Shown: positions 20,336 through 31,491 of the stretch, one piece after another
Layout: each line of letters opens with the position of its first letter
How positions within the stretch are numbered: the stretch's first letter is position 1
Source of the DNA: Escherichia phage vB_EcoP_IMEP8
Reading direction: 5' to 3' (one strand)
DNA: 64,000 nucleotides
Sequence record: NC_070993.1
Translations under genes and position numbers: made by a program
The notes under the pieces: generated by a model
Seen by the model: the letters and a program-made list of their open reading frames with translations, nothing else
Databases searched by the model: none
Told to the model about the DNA's origin: nothing

Positions 20336-21154
20336 TTACCAAGATTTGTCTAACCATGTCCAGTCGAACAGGTCTTCCGGAGTCTGACCAACAAAGAGCA
20401 GCCGAGCATTCTCAAGCATCTTCTCTTCATCTTCAGTATCGAACTTCTTATAATACTCCATTCGTACTATATGATACATGGTCCATTTGTCTGTAACACC
20501 AGCCAACAACTTAGCTGCTGCTTTCTTCCCTACTCCTTGGCGTCGAAGCTGAAGCTTACCGCCCCACATAACTTCTTTACGTTCTCCACATCCGGGGATA
20601 TTATCTGTTCCATCTCCAATCAACATCTGATAGAAGAAGTTTTGCCATGAAACTAAATCAGATACATAGTGAGGAGGAACTTCTTTCTGCCTTTCTCCAC
20701 AAGCCCAACGGTAGTGCCATCCGGGAGTTATCAACAAATCTTTGTCTCTAGTACAGATGATAGTGTTCTTATCTCTACGTTGCCTTTCAGCTAGTGCATC
20801 ATCAGCCTCTCTCCCAAATACATCTATGTATTCATATTTACCTTTAATATAATCACCAACATTTTGCCAGTGAAAAGGTCTTTCTCCGGGAGGTCTATTT
20901 GCCTTGTAGTCTTGCTGCTTAGCAACATCGAAACGGAAGTTACCACCTTCGCTAAAGTAGAACACAACCTTACTGCAACCTGAGCGAGCAATGATAGTAT
21001 CTATCTTGTACTGAAGTCGTTCAATCATGAAATTGTAATCAACTGGAACACGTCCTGTGTCAAGGAAGGGATGCTCCTGAGTAAGAGCACCCACTTCGTA
21101 TCGAAGAACGTCAGCATCCACTATAGCTACTTCAGGGAGCTTAACGTCTTCCAT
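20336..21154 (-). CDS. 5'-3' exonuclease / flap endonuclease (FEN, PolA N-terminal-like)
   Basis: Motifs YKANR, GREADDALAE, TRDKDLL, GDGTDNIPG. Confidence 0.8.
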   Translation of the reverse strand: MEDVKLPEVAIVDADVLRYEVGALTQEHPFLDTGRVPVDYNFMIERLQYKIDTIIARSGCSKVVFYFSEGGNFRFDVAKQQDYKANRPPGERPFHWQNVGDYIKGKYEYIDVFGREADDALAERQRRDKNTIICTRDKDLLITPGWHYRWACGERQKEVPPHYVSDLVSWQNFFYQMLIGDGTDNIPGCGERKEVMWGGKLQLRRQGVGKKAAAKLLAGVTDKWTMYHIVRMEYYKKFDTEDEEKMLENARLLFVGQTPEDLFDWTWLDKSW

Positions 21155-21155
21155 A

Positions 21156-21682
21156 TTATTCTCCTAACAGCTTACGAATTTCATTGCGGAAGTTATCATA
21201 CTCTTCAGGGTATTCAAACCCACATTCGAGAAGAGCGTAGTGAACAACCTTCAATAAATCCTGAGTCTTATTCTTATCTTTGTGTCGATAAGCATATTTG
21301 ATCATGTTAGTTTGTTGAAAGTTCAACTGGGGGTTTGCATGGTAGAACTCAATAGGTTGAATGATTTTAGATTCAGGGTTATAGTGTGCACCACCAACCA
21401 TAGTGTCTAAAGCTGGACTTCTTTTGCTGGTTTGTTCAGTTGGAGACTTAAAGCTGACTACAGGGACAGAGGAATAAATTGGATACTCTTCACCTACTGG
21501 CGGCTTTACCATCAACTTTTTCATTGCATACTGAATTTCTGTATCAGCAGAACACGAAGAGATTTCTTCAATAGATTTACGATAACTGTCAAGAACTGCA
21601 CGTAGCATAGAGACTGTCCCGTTCTTCTCTTTTGATTTCTCTGCTAGTACAATAACTTCTGCTTTTTTGGATTCAAACTCTG

Positions 21683-21692
<10 letters not shown>
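21156..21692 (-). CDS. DUF3310-like phage protein
   Basis: C-terminal pattern HY...IEF...NF..TNMIKYAYRHKDK...DLLKVVHYAL. Confidence 0.55.
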
Positions 21693-22976
<1,284 letters not shown>

Positions 22977-23268
22977 AATGCATCTCTTTATAAATAGTTT
23001 CTGTGTTCTTCTTCCAGTTAGATAGACCGGTAAGAACTCTCTGAGCAACTCCATCAGCTGCTTTACTTCTTTCTATTTCTAACTCTTGTTGATGCTTTTC
23101 TTTATCTAGATTGTTACTATCTGTCCGATACTCATTAAACTTCATACCACCAAAGAATACAAGAGCTGAGAAGATAACAAATCCTAGATTATCACTTAAC
23201 GTGTTTTGCATGTTGTCTCCAACGAAAAAAGCCACCCGAAGGTGGCTAAGCTATAACAAGGAGAGTTA

Positions 23269-24015
23269 TTAGAATGGGCTAGAGTCGTCATCTTCATAAG
23301 TAGAAGCAGGTTCTTTATCAATCGTAGGGATTGAAGGAGTAGCTTCTTTCTGTTCTGTTTCAGAAGCACGAGTGATTTCACGACCAGCCAGAGGCATGTT
23401 CTTAGCGTCATTAGCTTGAGTAAGCAGGTTGCGCTGGAACGGGAACATCAGTTGATAGGATGCTACGTTCTCATCGGTTTCTGCATACGGTTCGAAGAAT
23501 ACCAGAGGACTGCGAGCTTCACCAACTGCTGCACGATATTTGGTTGGGATTGGAGAAATGGTTTTGATGGAGTTTTTAACTTCACCAGCTTTGTTAGTGT
23601 AAGAGTTAACCAGAATGTTAACAGGCTGACCTAACAGCACATCCTTAAACCAAGACAGATCACCTTTCAGTGCTTGAATGCTTGGGTCAATCATCTTGCA
23701 GAGATCAAGGATACCAGAGTTCTTAGCTCGTGGGTTTACATCATAACTCTTGAACTGGCAAGCCGGACGTGGTTCTAATGCCTTACCATCGGAATCTTTA
23801 CCAGTAGCATCAACACCAATCAGCTCGAAAGCCAAATCCATACGGAAAGCTGGATTCTTAGGAGTTACTGCTTTGGTCTTCGGGTCAACCCAAGGGTCAC
23901 GATTGTGAACACCCAAACCTACTACACGAACGATACGTGCTTCATATTCACCATCAGGGATAATGTCGTAGTTGGATTTACGGGAAGAAGTTGCGATAGT
24001 TGGAATCATAGACAT
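23269..24015 (-). CDS. candidate single-stranded DNA-binding protein
   Basis: Acidic C-terminal tail ending EDDDSSPF (SSB-like tail); located in replication block. Confidence 0.4.
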   Translation of the reverse strand: MSMIPTIATSSRKSNYDIIPDGEYEARIVRVVGLGVHNRDPWVDPKTKAVTPKNPAFRMDLAFELIGVDATGKDSDGKALEPRPACQFKSYDVNPRAKNSGILDLCKMIDPSIQALKGDLSWFKDVLLGQPVNILVNSYTNKAGEVKNSIKTISPIPTKYRAAVGEARSPLVFFEPYAETDENVASYQLMFPFQRNLLTQANDAKNMPLAGREITRASETEQKEATPSIPTIDKEPASTYEDDDSSPF

Positions 24016-24074
24016 ATTTTAATTTCCTTATTTAATTTGAAAGATTGTTGCTCTCTTTGAGCGGTTATGTATAG

Positions 24075-24083
24075 TATACATTA
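24075..24083 (-). promoter_or_regulatory. TAATGTATA motif (minus strand), candidate promoter for SSB-like gene
   Basis: Exact 9-mer ~65 nt upstream of ATG 24015. Confidence 0.4.
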
Positions 24084-24146
24084 CGCTTATACCGATAAGA
24101 GTACTATATAATATAAGTATCTTTGGTAGTAGATATAACACACTAG

Positions 24147-24155
24147 TAATGTATA
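24147..24155 (+). promoter_or_regulatory. TAATGTATA motif (plus strand), divergent from 24075-24083
   Basis: Exact 9-mer in AT-rich intergenic region. Confidence 0.3.
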
Positions 24156-24431
24156 TATTGTATAGCTGATAAAGTTATTGCAGGCTTGTACATTGGGCAA
24201 TTCACAGAATCCCTTGCAAGTACCGAAGGGCAGGAGCCACCTGCGAGATAAAAATAGAGAATTAAGGAATCCTTGATTTAGGTTGTAGGGACTCCTAGGG
24301 ACTTTGATTCTCTATTTAAAAGAATATTAATTACTTACTACCTAAATAATTAACTAACTTACTTAAACCAAATTCAAGAATAATAGATAAAAAGATTATT
24401 CCTAAGAAAGCTAAAAAGTAAAGTATATAAG

Positions 24432-24629
24432 TTACCATTCAAGTAAACCTTTAAAGTTAGACTGTTCTACTACCCTCTGATAACGAAGATTAGAATCAGC
24501 TTGTTTCTTTAACATCTCATTATATTGATCTCTGATAGAGTCTTTATAGACTACAGGTTCTTTAAATAATGAGATATTGTTCTTTTCTTCAGAGTTAGAT
24601 AGTACATCCATCACAAATGAAATCCCCAC
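24432..24629 (-). CDS. hypothetical protein (65 aa)
   Basis: ORF in tiled minus-strand block. Confidence 0.4.
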   Translation of the reverse strand: MGISFVMDVLSNSEEKNNISLFKEPVVYKDSIRDQYNEMLKKQADSNLRYQRVVEQSNFKGLLEW

Positions 24630-24789
24630 TAAGTGATTCTTGTAACAAGCGACTCTGTTCGTCAGAGACTAATTGATTCACCACTTTCTGTAGTTCTAAT
24701 AAATCATCAAAATCGATCATCATGCCTTCATCAAGTTTATCTGTATCAACCGACCAGAAGGGGTTATCTCCTAGTATTTTACTAATCAT
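24595..24789 (-). CDS. hypothetical protein (64 aa)
   Basis: ORF in tiled minus-strand block. Confidence 0.4.
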   Translation of the reverse strand: MISKILGDNPFWSVDTDKLDEGMMIDFDDLLELQKVVNQLVSDEQSRLLQESLSGDFICDGCTI

Positions 24790-24938
24790 TCTACATCTCC
24801 TTCTACTTCAGCGTACACCTTAACCTCACCTTTCAATACTTCCTGAGAAGCATTTGCACTTTCTTCAGAGTGATGTACAGCGGTGATCTCTTTCTTTCCA
24901 ATCTTATAGGTGTGAATCCAAATCATTTAATTTCCTTA

Positions 24939-25337
24939 TTAACGTATAACCAGAGGCTCTTCAGAGTACACAGGAGCGGCTATTTCTACGGGAGGTGCTG
25001 CCCTAAGGTCATTAAGTCTTACACCCTTCAGCATCCCATCTAGGTGGTCTTTCTTAGGGATTCCAACAGGGAAGTCGTCAATCCAGACATCTACAAAGAA
25101 ACCTAGCTGACGACATACATCATCCTTCTGAACACCATTACAAAAGATGATAGGAATCTGCAAACACTCTGCATCAATCTTAATGTCGTGATTATCGTAC
25201 CCATTAGGCTCTGCAAAGCGATAAGTTACAAAACGTACATCATAACCTTTGGCTTGCATTAATGCCACCACAGAGCGCCACAGCTTCTTATCTGAGGTGT
25301 AAGTATCATCGTAATCTAAACCAATATTCATATCCAA
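24939..25337 (-). CDS. HAD-like phosphatase / nucleotidase-like protein
   Basis: N-terminal GLDYDDT (DxDxT) and later VWIDDF motifs. Confidence 0.4.
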   Translation of the reverse strand: MDMNIGLDYDDTYTSDKKLWRSVVALMQAKGYDVRFVTYRFAEPNGYDNHDIKIDAECLQIPIIFCNGVQKDDVCRQLGFFVDVWIDDFPVGIPKKDHLDGMLKGVRLNDLRAAPPVEIAAPVYSEEPLVIR

Positions 25338-25569
25338 ATCCTTTAGACAAGAAAAGCCGCCCTAAGGCAGCTTCTTATTTAACTATTCACTTTAGCTTCA
25401 AGTGTTTCATTTTCAATACTCAAGTCAATCACTACGCCAGTAAGCTCAACGACTGCTTGGCGAAGGGCATCTTTACCCATAGAATGTACTTGAGATAAGA
25501 AGAAAGCTTTACCTTCTTCAGTGGATAGGGTTTCTTTTAATTCAGAAGCAGTCATTGATATTCCTTATT

Positions 25570-25761
25570 TTACATTGTATAAATTCGCATGATTGTACCA
25601 CCATCAGCCTCGATAGCAGAAACAACTTCATCTCGTTCTTCATCCGTGTACACTAATACGCTTTTAAACGAACCAGTCACATCTGTGTACAAAATATTGT
25701 ACTTGGGAGGTGGCTTACGGTAAATACCTTCCATCACTCTTTCTCCTCTCGTTCTTTCCAC
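25570..25761 (-). CDS. hypothetical protein (63 aa)
   Basis: ORF only. Confidence 0.35.
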   Translation of the reverse strand: MERTRGERVMEGIYRKPPPKYNILYTDVTGSFKSVLVYTDEERDEVVSAIEADGGTIMRIYTM

Positions 25762-25917
25762 AGTTCAGCAAGTTCTAAATAAAACTCAGCTTCATCAGGA
25801 CGTCCTTGTTCATTACAGATGGCGCTTTGACGATAACACCAATCCGATGGCATCTCTTCCACTTCAATCTCCTTGTTACGAACTAATCAATAAGAGTAGT
25901 TCATTCGTCTTATTTAT

Positions 25918-26112
25918 TCACTCTACCAATGCAGGTAATTCTATCCTTTTAACTGTGAATGTTTTGTTTGGAAACTTTCGAACTAACTCTGCTGCTTTGG
26001 TTATTGCTAAGTTCTCTGTCTCAAAGATACACAGTTGACCATTTAATGCTACGAGAGTGGAGCCACCGCTGAAGACGGCCCAAGATTCATAATAGCCTTT
26101 AATACTCATCAC
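25918..26112 (-). CDS. hypothetical protein (64 aa)
   Basis: ORF only. Confidence 0.35.
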   Translation of the reverse strand: MMSIKGYYESWAVFSGGSTLVALNGQLCIFETENLAITKAAELVRKFPNKTFTVKRIELPALVE

Positions 26113-26477
26113 TCAACCTCAATACTATATAGAGTTTTCAGTGTATTTTTAATCCAAGCCCGTCGTTTTGGATTCTTATGATGTACCCCATTGTCTCTAT
26201 CTCTAAAATATTGATCACATCCAAAGGGATATGTTGGGTCCAAGAATCCTTCTCGATTAAACATATTCTTCATGTCGTCAATATCTAAATGCTTTGTGAA
26301 ATAGTAATATCTCTTATAACAGAGGAAGTTGAAGCATAATCCGTGATCTTCACTAAACCATTTTGGATAAATTCCAGTCTTAGCTATTTCATAATATTGG
26401 AGGAGGAAATCCTCCATCCCCCTCTCTTTAGCTAAACATCTCAATGTTCTGTAGATGATATTGGTTTCTTTCATCAC
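26109..26477 (-). CDS. hypothetical protein (122 aa)
   Basis: ORF, 4-nt overlap with neighbour. Confidence 0.45.
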   Translation of the reverse strand: MMKETNIIYRTLRCLAKERGMEDFLLQYYEIAKTGIYPKWFSEDHGLCFNFLCYKRYYYFTKHLDIDDMKNMFNREGFLDPTYPFGCDQYFRDRDNGVHHKNPKRRAWIKNTLKTLYSIEVE

Positions 26478-26482
26478 TCACC

Positions 26483-28327
26483 TTAGTGTGTATGCATCCA
26501 GTTAAGTCCAATCTGACAATCAGATGCCAGAGGACATTCCATGTTCAAATACTCACCAGCTTTCTTAACACAAAGCTCAGTGTGTTCTTTGAGTTTCTGT
26601 ACATCATTACGGTTCACTGAGAACTGACCCTCGTCGTGCATGTCAATTACTTTAGCACAACGAACCCCATCTTTCTCAATCCACTTGTTAAGGAACATCA
26701 TAGCATATTTCATAACAACAGCACCAGCACATTGCAGGAGTGTGTTAAGTGCTTTATGAACCATAACTTTGCCAGTGGCATCTCGTCTCATTGTAATCTT
26801 ACGGCCATCAACGCCAATCAAGTATCCTTGAGCAGCTTTCTCTGTCATACGATCAATGAGGATTGCAATACATGGGTTCTCTGCTAAGAAACGTGCTCGC
26901 ATCACTGAACCTTCGTCAGCCCCACCACCTACAATTGAACCGAGCTTAGCATCACCAGCACCATAGTTGAATGCGTAGATAAACGTCTTAGCGTTGTCAC
27001 GAGTAGGAAGACCAGCAAGTTTCTGGTTGTGGGAGTGGATATCACCTTCAAGGAGAATATCACGATACATAATAGCAGAAGCTAAACCACGCTCTGCCAG
27101 AGCTTTCTTAGCTGGATTATTCTCTTCGATTGCTTCAGCAAGCATATCCCTACACTCTTTAATGAGGTAGTGTGCAAGCATACGCAACTCTAATCCAGAA
27201 CCATCATACCCTAAGAATACTTCTTTACCAGCGGGTATGTAATATTTGTAAGCACCTACAGGTTTATCTTTCTTCCCCGGCTTACCTTTCTCATAAATTA
27301 CGTTAGTACCTTTTCGTATATAACAACCATCAGGAACAACGTTAGTAATAATGAAAGGACGAGAGTGATCATCATCTGAGTTATAGTCAGACTCAAACAA
27401 ACCGCGACACTCATGACCAAACAAACCACGGGAGGGAATATTAACCACGATACGATGTTTGAATCGAAAAGTCGGCGTAGCGCAGCTGTTAGCTTCTGCC
27501 GAAAGTTTACCATCTTCGCGTTCCTTTGCTATGAGTCCACTGATAAGACCTAGCCTGTGAGCCGCTACAACGCGTCTCTTAAGCAAACTCCCGACACTCC
27601 CTAGCTCACCCCCTAACCCTTCTTCAAGAGTCTCCTCGAGGTTTGTAGGAGCTGTAGGCCACTTGTTTGAAGTAGCTAGTGCTATCTTAATCTCATCAAA
27701 AGTGATAGGCCTGCGTCGGTTAGGATTTAAACCTAAACCAAATACATAAGCCTTCATGTAGTTCTTAGTTTTAAACCTAAAATGCTTCTCTAAGAACTTC
27801 CTAATGTCAGCGTCAACCATCTCGGCTGTCTGTTTCTGTTTAGCATTACCTCGCATCCAAGCTGAATACCATGCTTGGTATGTTCCATACTTTCGCATAT
27901 CTTTCTTGATTTCAAAAGTATTCCAAGGTTTCTTTGATACGTTAAACTCTGGAGGAAGAAAACCCTCATCCATAAGGGCTTCTTTAACTCGTGCATCTTT
28001 CGATGGGTCAAAGTCTACGTATTCAACACAGGTGAATGCTCCACCAATGTCTTCTCTCTTAAGACCAACTCTATCGCAATAGACTTGAGGCCACTTCTGT
28101 AAAGCTCCAGACTTCTTAAATGGCTTCATATAAGTAGAGCCATCTAATCTCATCTTAGGTAAGAGAGGAATCAGTTCTTTGTCAATATTAACAATAATCT
28201 CTTTAAGGAGGTGAACATACCACCGAGCATTTCTTCGGTTGAAACTCACTCCGTGCTTCGCTTGCTTAGAGATTATATCAGCGACAGTCATCTCTGTCAA
28301 AAATGGGAGAGCGTCCGGGTTGCTCAC
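26483..28327 (-). CDS. DNA polymerase, family A polymerase domain (614 aa, no exonuclease domain)
   Basis: Motif A YDGSGLELRMLAHY, motif B RDNAKTFIYAFNYGAGDAKLG, motif C VIDMHDEGQF. Confidence 0.85.
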   Translation of the reverse strand: MSNPDALPFLTEMTVADIISKQAKHGVSFNRRNARWYVHLLKEIIVNIDKELIPLLPKMRLDGSTYMKPFKKSGALQKWPQVYCDRVGLKREDIGGAFTCVEYVDFDPSKDARVKEALMDEGFLPPEFNVSKKPWNTFEIKKDMRKYGTYQAWYSAWMRGNAKQKQTAEMVDADIRKFLEKHFRFKTKNYMKAYVFGLGLNPNRRRPITFDEIKIALATSNKWPTAPTNLEETLEEGLGGELGSVGSLLKRRVVAAHRLGLISGLIAKEREDGKLSAEANSCATPTFRFKHRIVVNIPSRGLFGHECRGLFESDYNSDDDHSRPFIITNVVPDGCYIRKGTNVIYEKGKPGKKDKPVGAYKYYIPAGKEVFLGYDGSGLELRMLAHYLIKECRDMLAEAIEENNPAKKALAERGLASAIMYRDILLEGDIHSHNQKLAGLPTRDNAKTFIYAFNYGAGDAKLGSIVGGGADEGSVMRARFLAENPCIAILIDRMTEKAAQGYLIGVDGRKITMRRDATGKVMVHKALNTLLQCAGAVVMKYAMMFLNKWIEKDGVRCAKVIDMHDEGQFSVNRNDVQKLKEHTELCVKKAGEYLNMECPLASDCQIGLNWMHTH

Positions 28328-28343
28328 TTTATACTCCTTTAAA

Positions 28344-28766
28344 TTATTGGTAAATCAAATCCGTAAATGCTTGATTATCTTCTACTACATTCAACATGGT
28401 AGCTTCATCGCTGTAAGCCCTAACCGTCCCGTTAACAACTGTCCAAGGAGGAGGTGGAGGTGGTGCATGGTTAGCCCTAGCTTCACGAGGTTGATCTCGT
28501 ACTAGATGAGCCACAACCCTTTGGTTGGCGACCTCTTCTCTTTCTCGGATAGCTCTCTGGATGTAAGCCAACTTCATACCCCAAGCTTCTTCAAACTCTT
28601 GAGGATGTTTGTCACTGATAACCACATACTGACGATCAGGGATACCAGATCGAATCTCTGACAATAGTTCATGGAACAAATCCAGCTCATGTTCAGTGAG
28701 ATTCATTTCGATATCATCCCACTTGAGAACTAGGAAACGGTTTTGATGTCTAGTCGGTAATGGCAT
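28344..28766 (-). CDS. hypothetical protein with poly-proline tract (140 aa)
   Basis: ORF; PPPPPPW stretch. Confidence 0.4.
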   Translation of the reverse strand: MPLPTRHQNRFLVLKWDDIEMNLTEHELDLFHELLSEIRSGIPDRQYVVISDKHPQEFEEAWGMKLAYIQRAIREREEVANQRVVAHLVRDQPREARANHAPPPPPPWTVVNGTVRAYSDEATMLNVVEDNQAFTDLIYQ

Positions 28767-28769
28767 AGC

Positions 28770-29054
28770 TTAACCTTTTGGGAATGGCATTAAAGATTCC
28801 ATAGCAGTCTTAGTTTCACTATTGATTCGTAGGTCTCGATAAGAGATAAACTTACCTTTGCTATCTCGTAACATTACATGAGTTCTAGCTGTTTTATGAG
28901 GAAGTAAAGTAATACTGGTTGGGATAGTATCAATCTCTACAGAGAAGTCATCAATAGTCTTACTATCCGCTAATAAGTAGGACCAAGTACGTGGTTTCTG
29001 CTCTGGGCGATTGGGGTATGTGTCTCGAATCTGAACCATAGCTAACTTATTCAT
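28770..29054 (-). CDS. small protein, member of tandem paralog pair (PFPKG C-terminus)
   Basis: Shares KTARTxV.LRxxxGKFISY...PFPKG with neighbour. Confidence 0.5.
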   Translation of the reverse strand: MNKLAMVQIRDTYPNRPEQKPRTWSYLLADSKTIDDFSVEIDTIPTSITLLPHKTARTHVMLRDSKGKFISYRDLRINSETKTAMESLMPFPKG

Positions 29055-29055
29055 A

Positions 29056-29307
29056 TTAAACTCCTTTAGGGAATGGGATGAGGTTTTCTACTGCAACACG
29101 GAATTCTTTCTCTACATCTTTATTCTTATAAGAAATGAACTTCCCGTCAGCTCCACGTAGGATTACGTTAGTACGAGCTGTTTTTGGGTTATGACTAATC
29201 TGGTTTGCAATAATATTAGCAATGCCGTGGTTATTGGTAAATTTCCATTTAACCATACGATTGTTAGACATTACATCAATGATATTTACAGATTTTACAA
29301 TAGACAT
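29056..29307 (-). CDS. small protein, member of tandem paralog pair (PFPKG C-terminus)
   Basis: Paralog of 28770-29054. Confidence 0.5.
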   Translation of the reverse strand: MSIVKSVNIIDVMSNNRMVKWKFTNNHGIANIIANQISHNPKTARTNVILRGADGKFISYKNKDVEKEFRVAVENLIPFPKGV

Positions 29308-29375
29308 ATTTATTACCTAAGAAGTTTAATTTGGTTTATATAAAAGAAAAGGCCACCCATTTGGGTAGCCTCATA

Positions 29376-29699
29376 TTACGATGAGCTTAAAGCTCCTTTT
29401 CGCTTAGCAGCACCAGCTGCTTTTCCAGCTCGATCACCACTTTTGCCGCCGTTTGAACGGTTTGAGCTGACTGATTCAACACGTAAGTTGCTTGACGCAT
29501 TAGAGCCTCCAGACTTGACAGCTCGTTTGTGTCCAACATCTTTACCTCTGACAGCAGCTTTTCCATCGCGCTTTTCAACGATGCGACGTGCACGGTGGCG
29601 CTGAGCATCTCCGCTCTTGCTCCCAACGCCTGTCTCACCACGGGCAATTGCGGTACGTCTTTCTTGTGCATAATCTCTCTTTCCTACATGATCTGCCAT
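29376..29699 (-). CDS. basic K/R/G/S-rich protein (107 aa); alternative-frame ORF 29387-29671 fully overlaps
   Basis: SD AAGGAG before ATG 29699; low-complexity basic sequence. Confidence 0.4.
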   Translation of the reverse strand: MADHVGKRDYAQERRTAIARGETGVGSKSGDAQRHRARRIVEKRDGKAAVRGKDVGHKRAVKSGGSNASSNLRVESVSSNRSNGGKSGDRAGKAAGAAKRKGALSSS

Positions 29700-29745
29700 T
29701 TAGAACTCCTTAATATATCAGTGTACACTAAGGAGTATACATTAT

Positions 29746-29754
29746 GGATGCTAT
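29746..29754 (-). promoter_or_regulatory. TAATGTATA motif (minus strand), candidate promoter
   Basis: Exact 9-mer ~46 nt upstream of ATG 29699. Confidence 0.4.
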
Positions 29755-30002
29755 TAAAACTCTGCTAAGTATTTAATATCAGAGGCATATACCTCATCAA
29801 AGGAAATAACTTCTCCATTGTAAAGAAGTTCTATTTTCAGTATACCAGAGCATTTAGTGTCTTTAGAATCAACCCTGATAGAGAGCTTATCAACTATCTG
29901 AGCTTTAATCTCTTCTATCACTAACTCTTGAGTGTTATTCACTCCACCCTCCCGGTGGTACAAAATCATCAGGAACATCAATGATAGTAGGTTCTCCATC
30001 AT
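29754..30002 (-). CDS. hypothetical protein (82 aa)
   Basis: ORF only. Confidence 0.35.
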   Translation of the reverse strand: MMENLLSLMFLMILYHREGGVNNTQELVIEEIKAQIVDKLSIRVDSKDTKCSGILKIELLYNGEVISFDEVYASDIKYLAEF

Positions 30003-30120
30003 TCATGCAGGTGTCTTCATTGAACTCTTCACACTCAAAGCACGCTCGTTCGATATTTTTGTAGAAGTCAATGGTTGCTGAACCATCACCACAATCTCGG
30101 ATAACTAGAGCTACTTTCAC
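29935..30120 (-). CDS. small Cys-rich protein (61 aa)
   Basis: ORF with CGDG...CFECEEF...C motifs. Confidence 0.35.
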   Translation of the reverse strand: MKVALVIRDCGDGSATIDFYKNIERACFECEEFNEDTCMNDGEPTIIDVPDDFVPPGGWSE

Positions 30121-30860
30121 TTCTCTTGTCCTTTTTCCATTGCTTTAACAATAGCTTTACAGAAACCAGAACGAACAATGTCATCTGATTCGCCATCTAC
30201 TATCTCAGCGAACTCATACAGATCATGTTCATCAATAAAGTTAGTAGCCCAAGTAAGACCACTCTCACGACCACGCATATCATGCTGGTTAGTATCACCC
30301 ATGCAGAACAGCTGAGAGGTCTCTCCCAATCGAGTCATGATTGAGAAGGCTTCATCTTTAGTGGTGTTCTGGAACTCATCTACGATAACAATAGCATCGT
30401 TGAAAGAACGACCACGGAGATACTCCAGAGGTACGAACTCAATATTACTGTTACCGAGCTGGCATTCATAGAACCCTTTACCATATCGCTGAGTAATAAC
30501 ATCAATGATAGGCATCAGGTAAGGTTCAAACTTCTCACGCATCCCTCCCGGAAGTAACCCAAGAGAGTTTCCCATACCAACTGAAGGTCGACTCAGAATG
30601 ATCTTCTGAATCTTACCACTCTTCAGTGCATCAATAACCGTGGAAGTGATTACAAAGGTCTTACCACAGCCCGCAGGAGCGTCTGTGAACACAACTTGTT
30701 TAGTCTTGATAGCATTGAGCAGTTCAGACTGGAACTGGTTCTGAGGGACTACAGGTTTTGCTAAAACCACCTCTTCAAACTCTCGCTTACCCTTACGAGT
30801 GACAAGTGCTTCCCTACGAAGGTCTTTCCGTGATTCTTTCCGTGATTGACGACGACTCAT
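30117..30860 (-). CDS. phoH: PhoH-like ATPase
   Basis: Walker A DAPAGCGKTF and PhoH-type motifs through Walker B VIVDEFQN. Confidence 0.85.
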   Translation of the reverse strand: MSRRQSRKESRKDLRREALVTRKGKREFEEVVLAKPVVPQNQFQSELLNAIKTKQVVFTDAPAGCGKTFVITSTVIDALKSGKIQKIILSRPSVGMGNSLGLLPGGMREKFEPYLMPIIDVITQRYGKGFYECQLGNSNIEFVPLEYLRGRSFNDAIVIVDEFQNTTKDEAFSIMTRLGETSQLFCMGDTNQHDMRGRESGLTWATNFIDEHDLYEFAEIVDGESDDIVRSGFCKAIVKAMEKGQEK

Positions 30861-31042
30861 TTACGCTCTCCAATTTCTTCGTAATGACATTCAGTAGTTA
30901 AACAATCTTTACAGATTGCTGTATAAACCCTGACGTTAGTAAATCGTTTGTTCTTCCCTTTGGTTGGAGAGCCTTTAGCAAGCTCTCTGATAACCTTGTT
31001 ACTTAAGTGAAGGTTTGTCCCTTCACATCTAGAGCACTTCAT
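30857..31042 (-). CDS. small Zn-ribbon protein (61 aa)
   Basis: CSRCEG...CKDCLTTEC. Confidence 0.4.
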   Translation of the reverse strand: MKCSRCEGTNLHLSNKVIRELAKGSPTKGKNKRFTNVRVYTAICKDCLTTECHYEEIGERK

Positions 31043-31281
31043 GATTTAAAAGGGTCATAATCTAGAGAATCCCACCCATAGTCTGAACCATTGAGGTACT
31101 CACGTTTTAATCCAAAGTTTTCGTAATAGGGTTCACTAGGAATAGTGCTCCCTTTGGTTACATCCTTAACTTGACTGGAGGAGAAAAGATGAATCCCTTC
31201 AGTAGTTCTAGCAGAAGATTTCTCTCCTTTCTTAACCACTTTCCCCTTTTTAGCCCACTCTTTAAATGTTCTATATTGCAT
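31039..31281 (-). CDS. hypothetical protein (80 aa)
   Basis: ORF only. Confidence 0.4.
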   Translation of the reverse strand: MQYRTFKEWAKKGKVVKKGEKSSARTTEGIHLFSSSQVKDVTKGSTIPSEPYYENFGLKREYLNGSDYGWDSLDYDPFKS

Positions 31282-31290
31282 TAAATCTCC

Positions 31291-31491
31291 TTACCACAAT
31301 GTCCATTCAGTAAGAGACCACAGAGAGTCGCCTATGTTGGCATTGTCCTTCATGATGAGGTCTTTGATTTTATCAACATCAGTTAAGTGAGTCACATTCA
31401 AAATATCCTCAACATCTGGGGCATATTTAAATATGGCAACAATACTGTTGTGATCTTCAGCATATCTTTCTAGAACATAAACTACACTCAC
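31291..31491 (-). CDS. hypothetical protein (66 aa)
   Basis: ORF only. Confidence 0.4.
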   Translation of the reverse strand: MSVVYVLERYAEDHNSIVAIFKYAPDVEDILNVTHLTDVDKIKDLIMKDNANIGDSLWSLTEWTLW

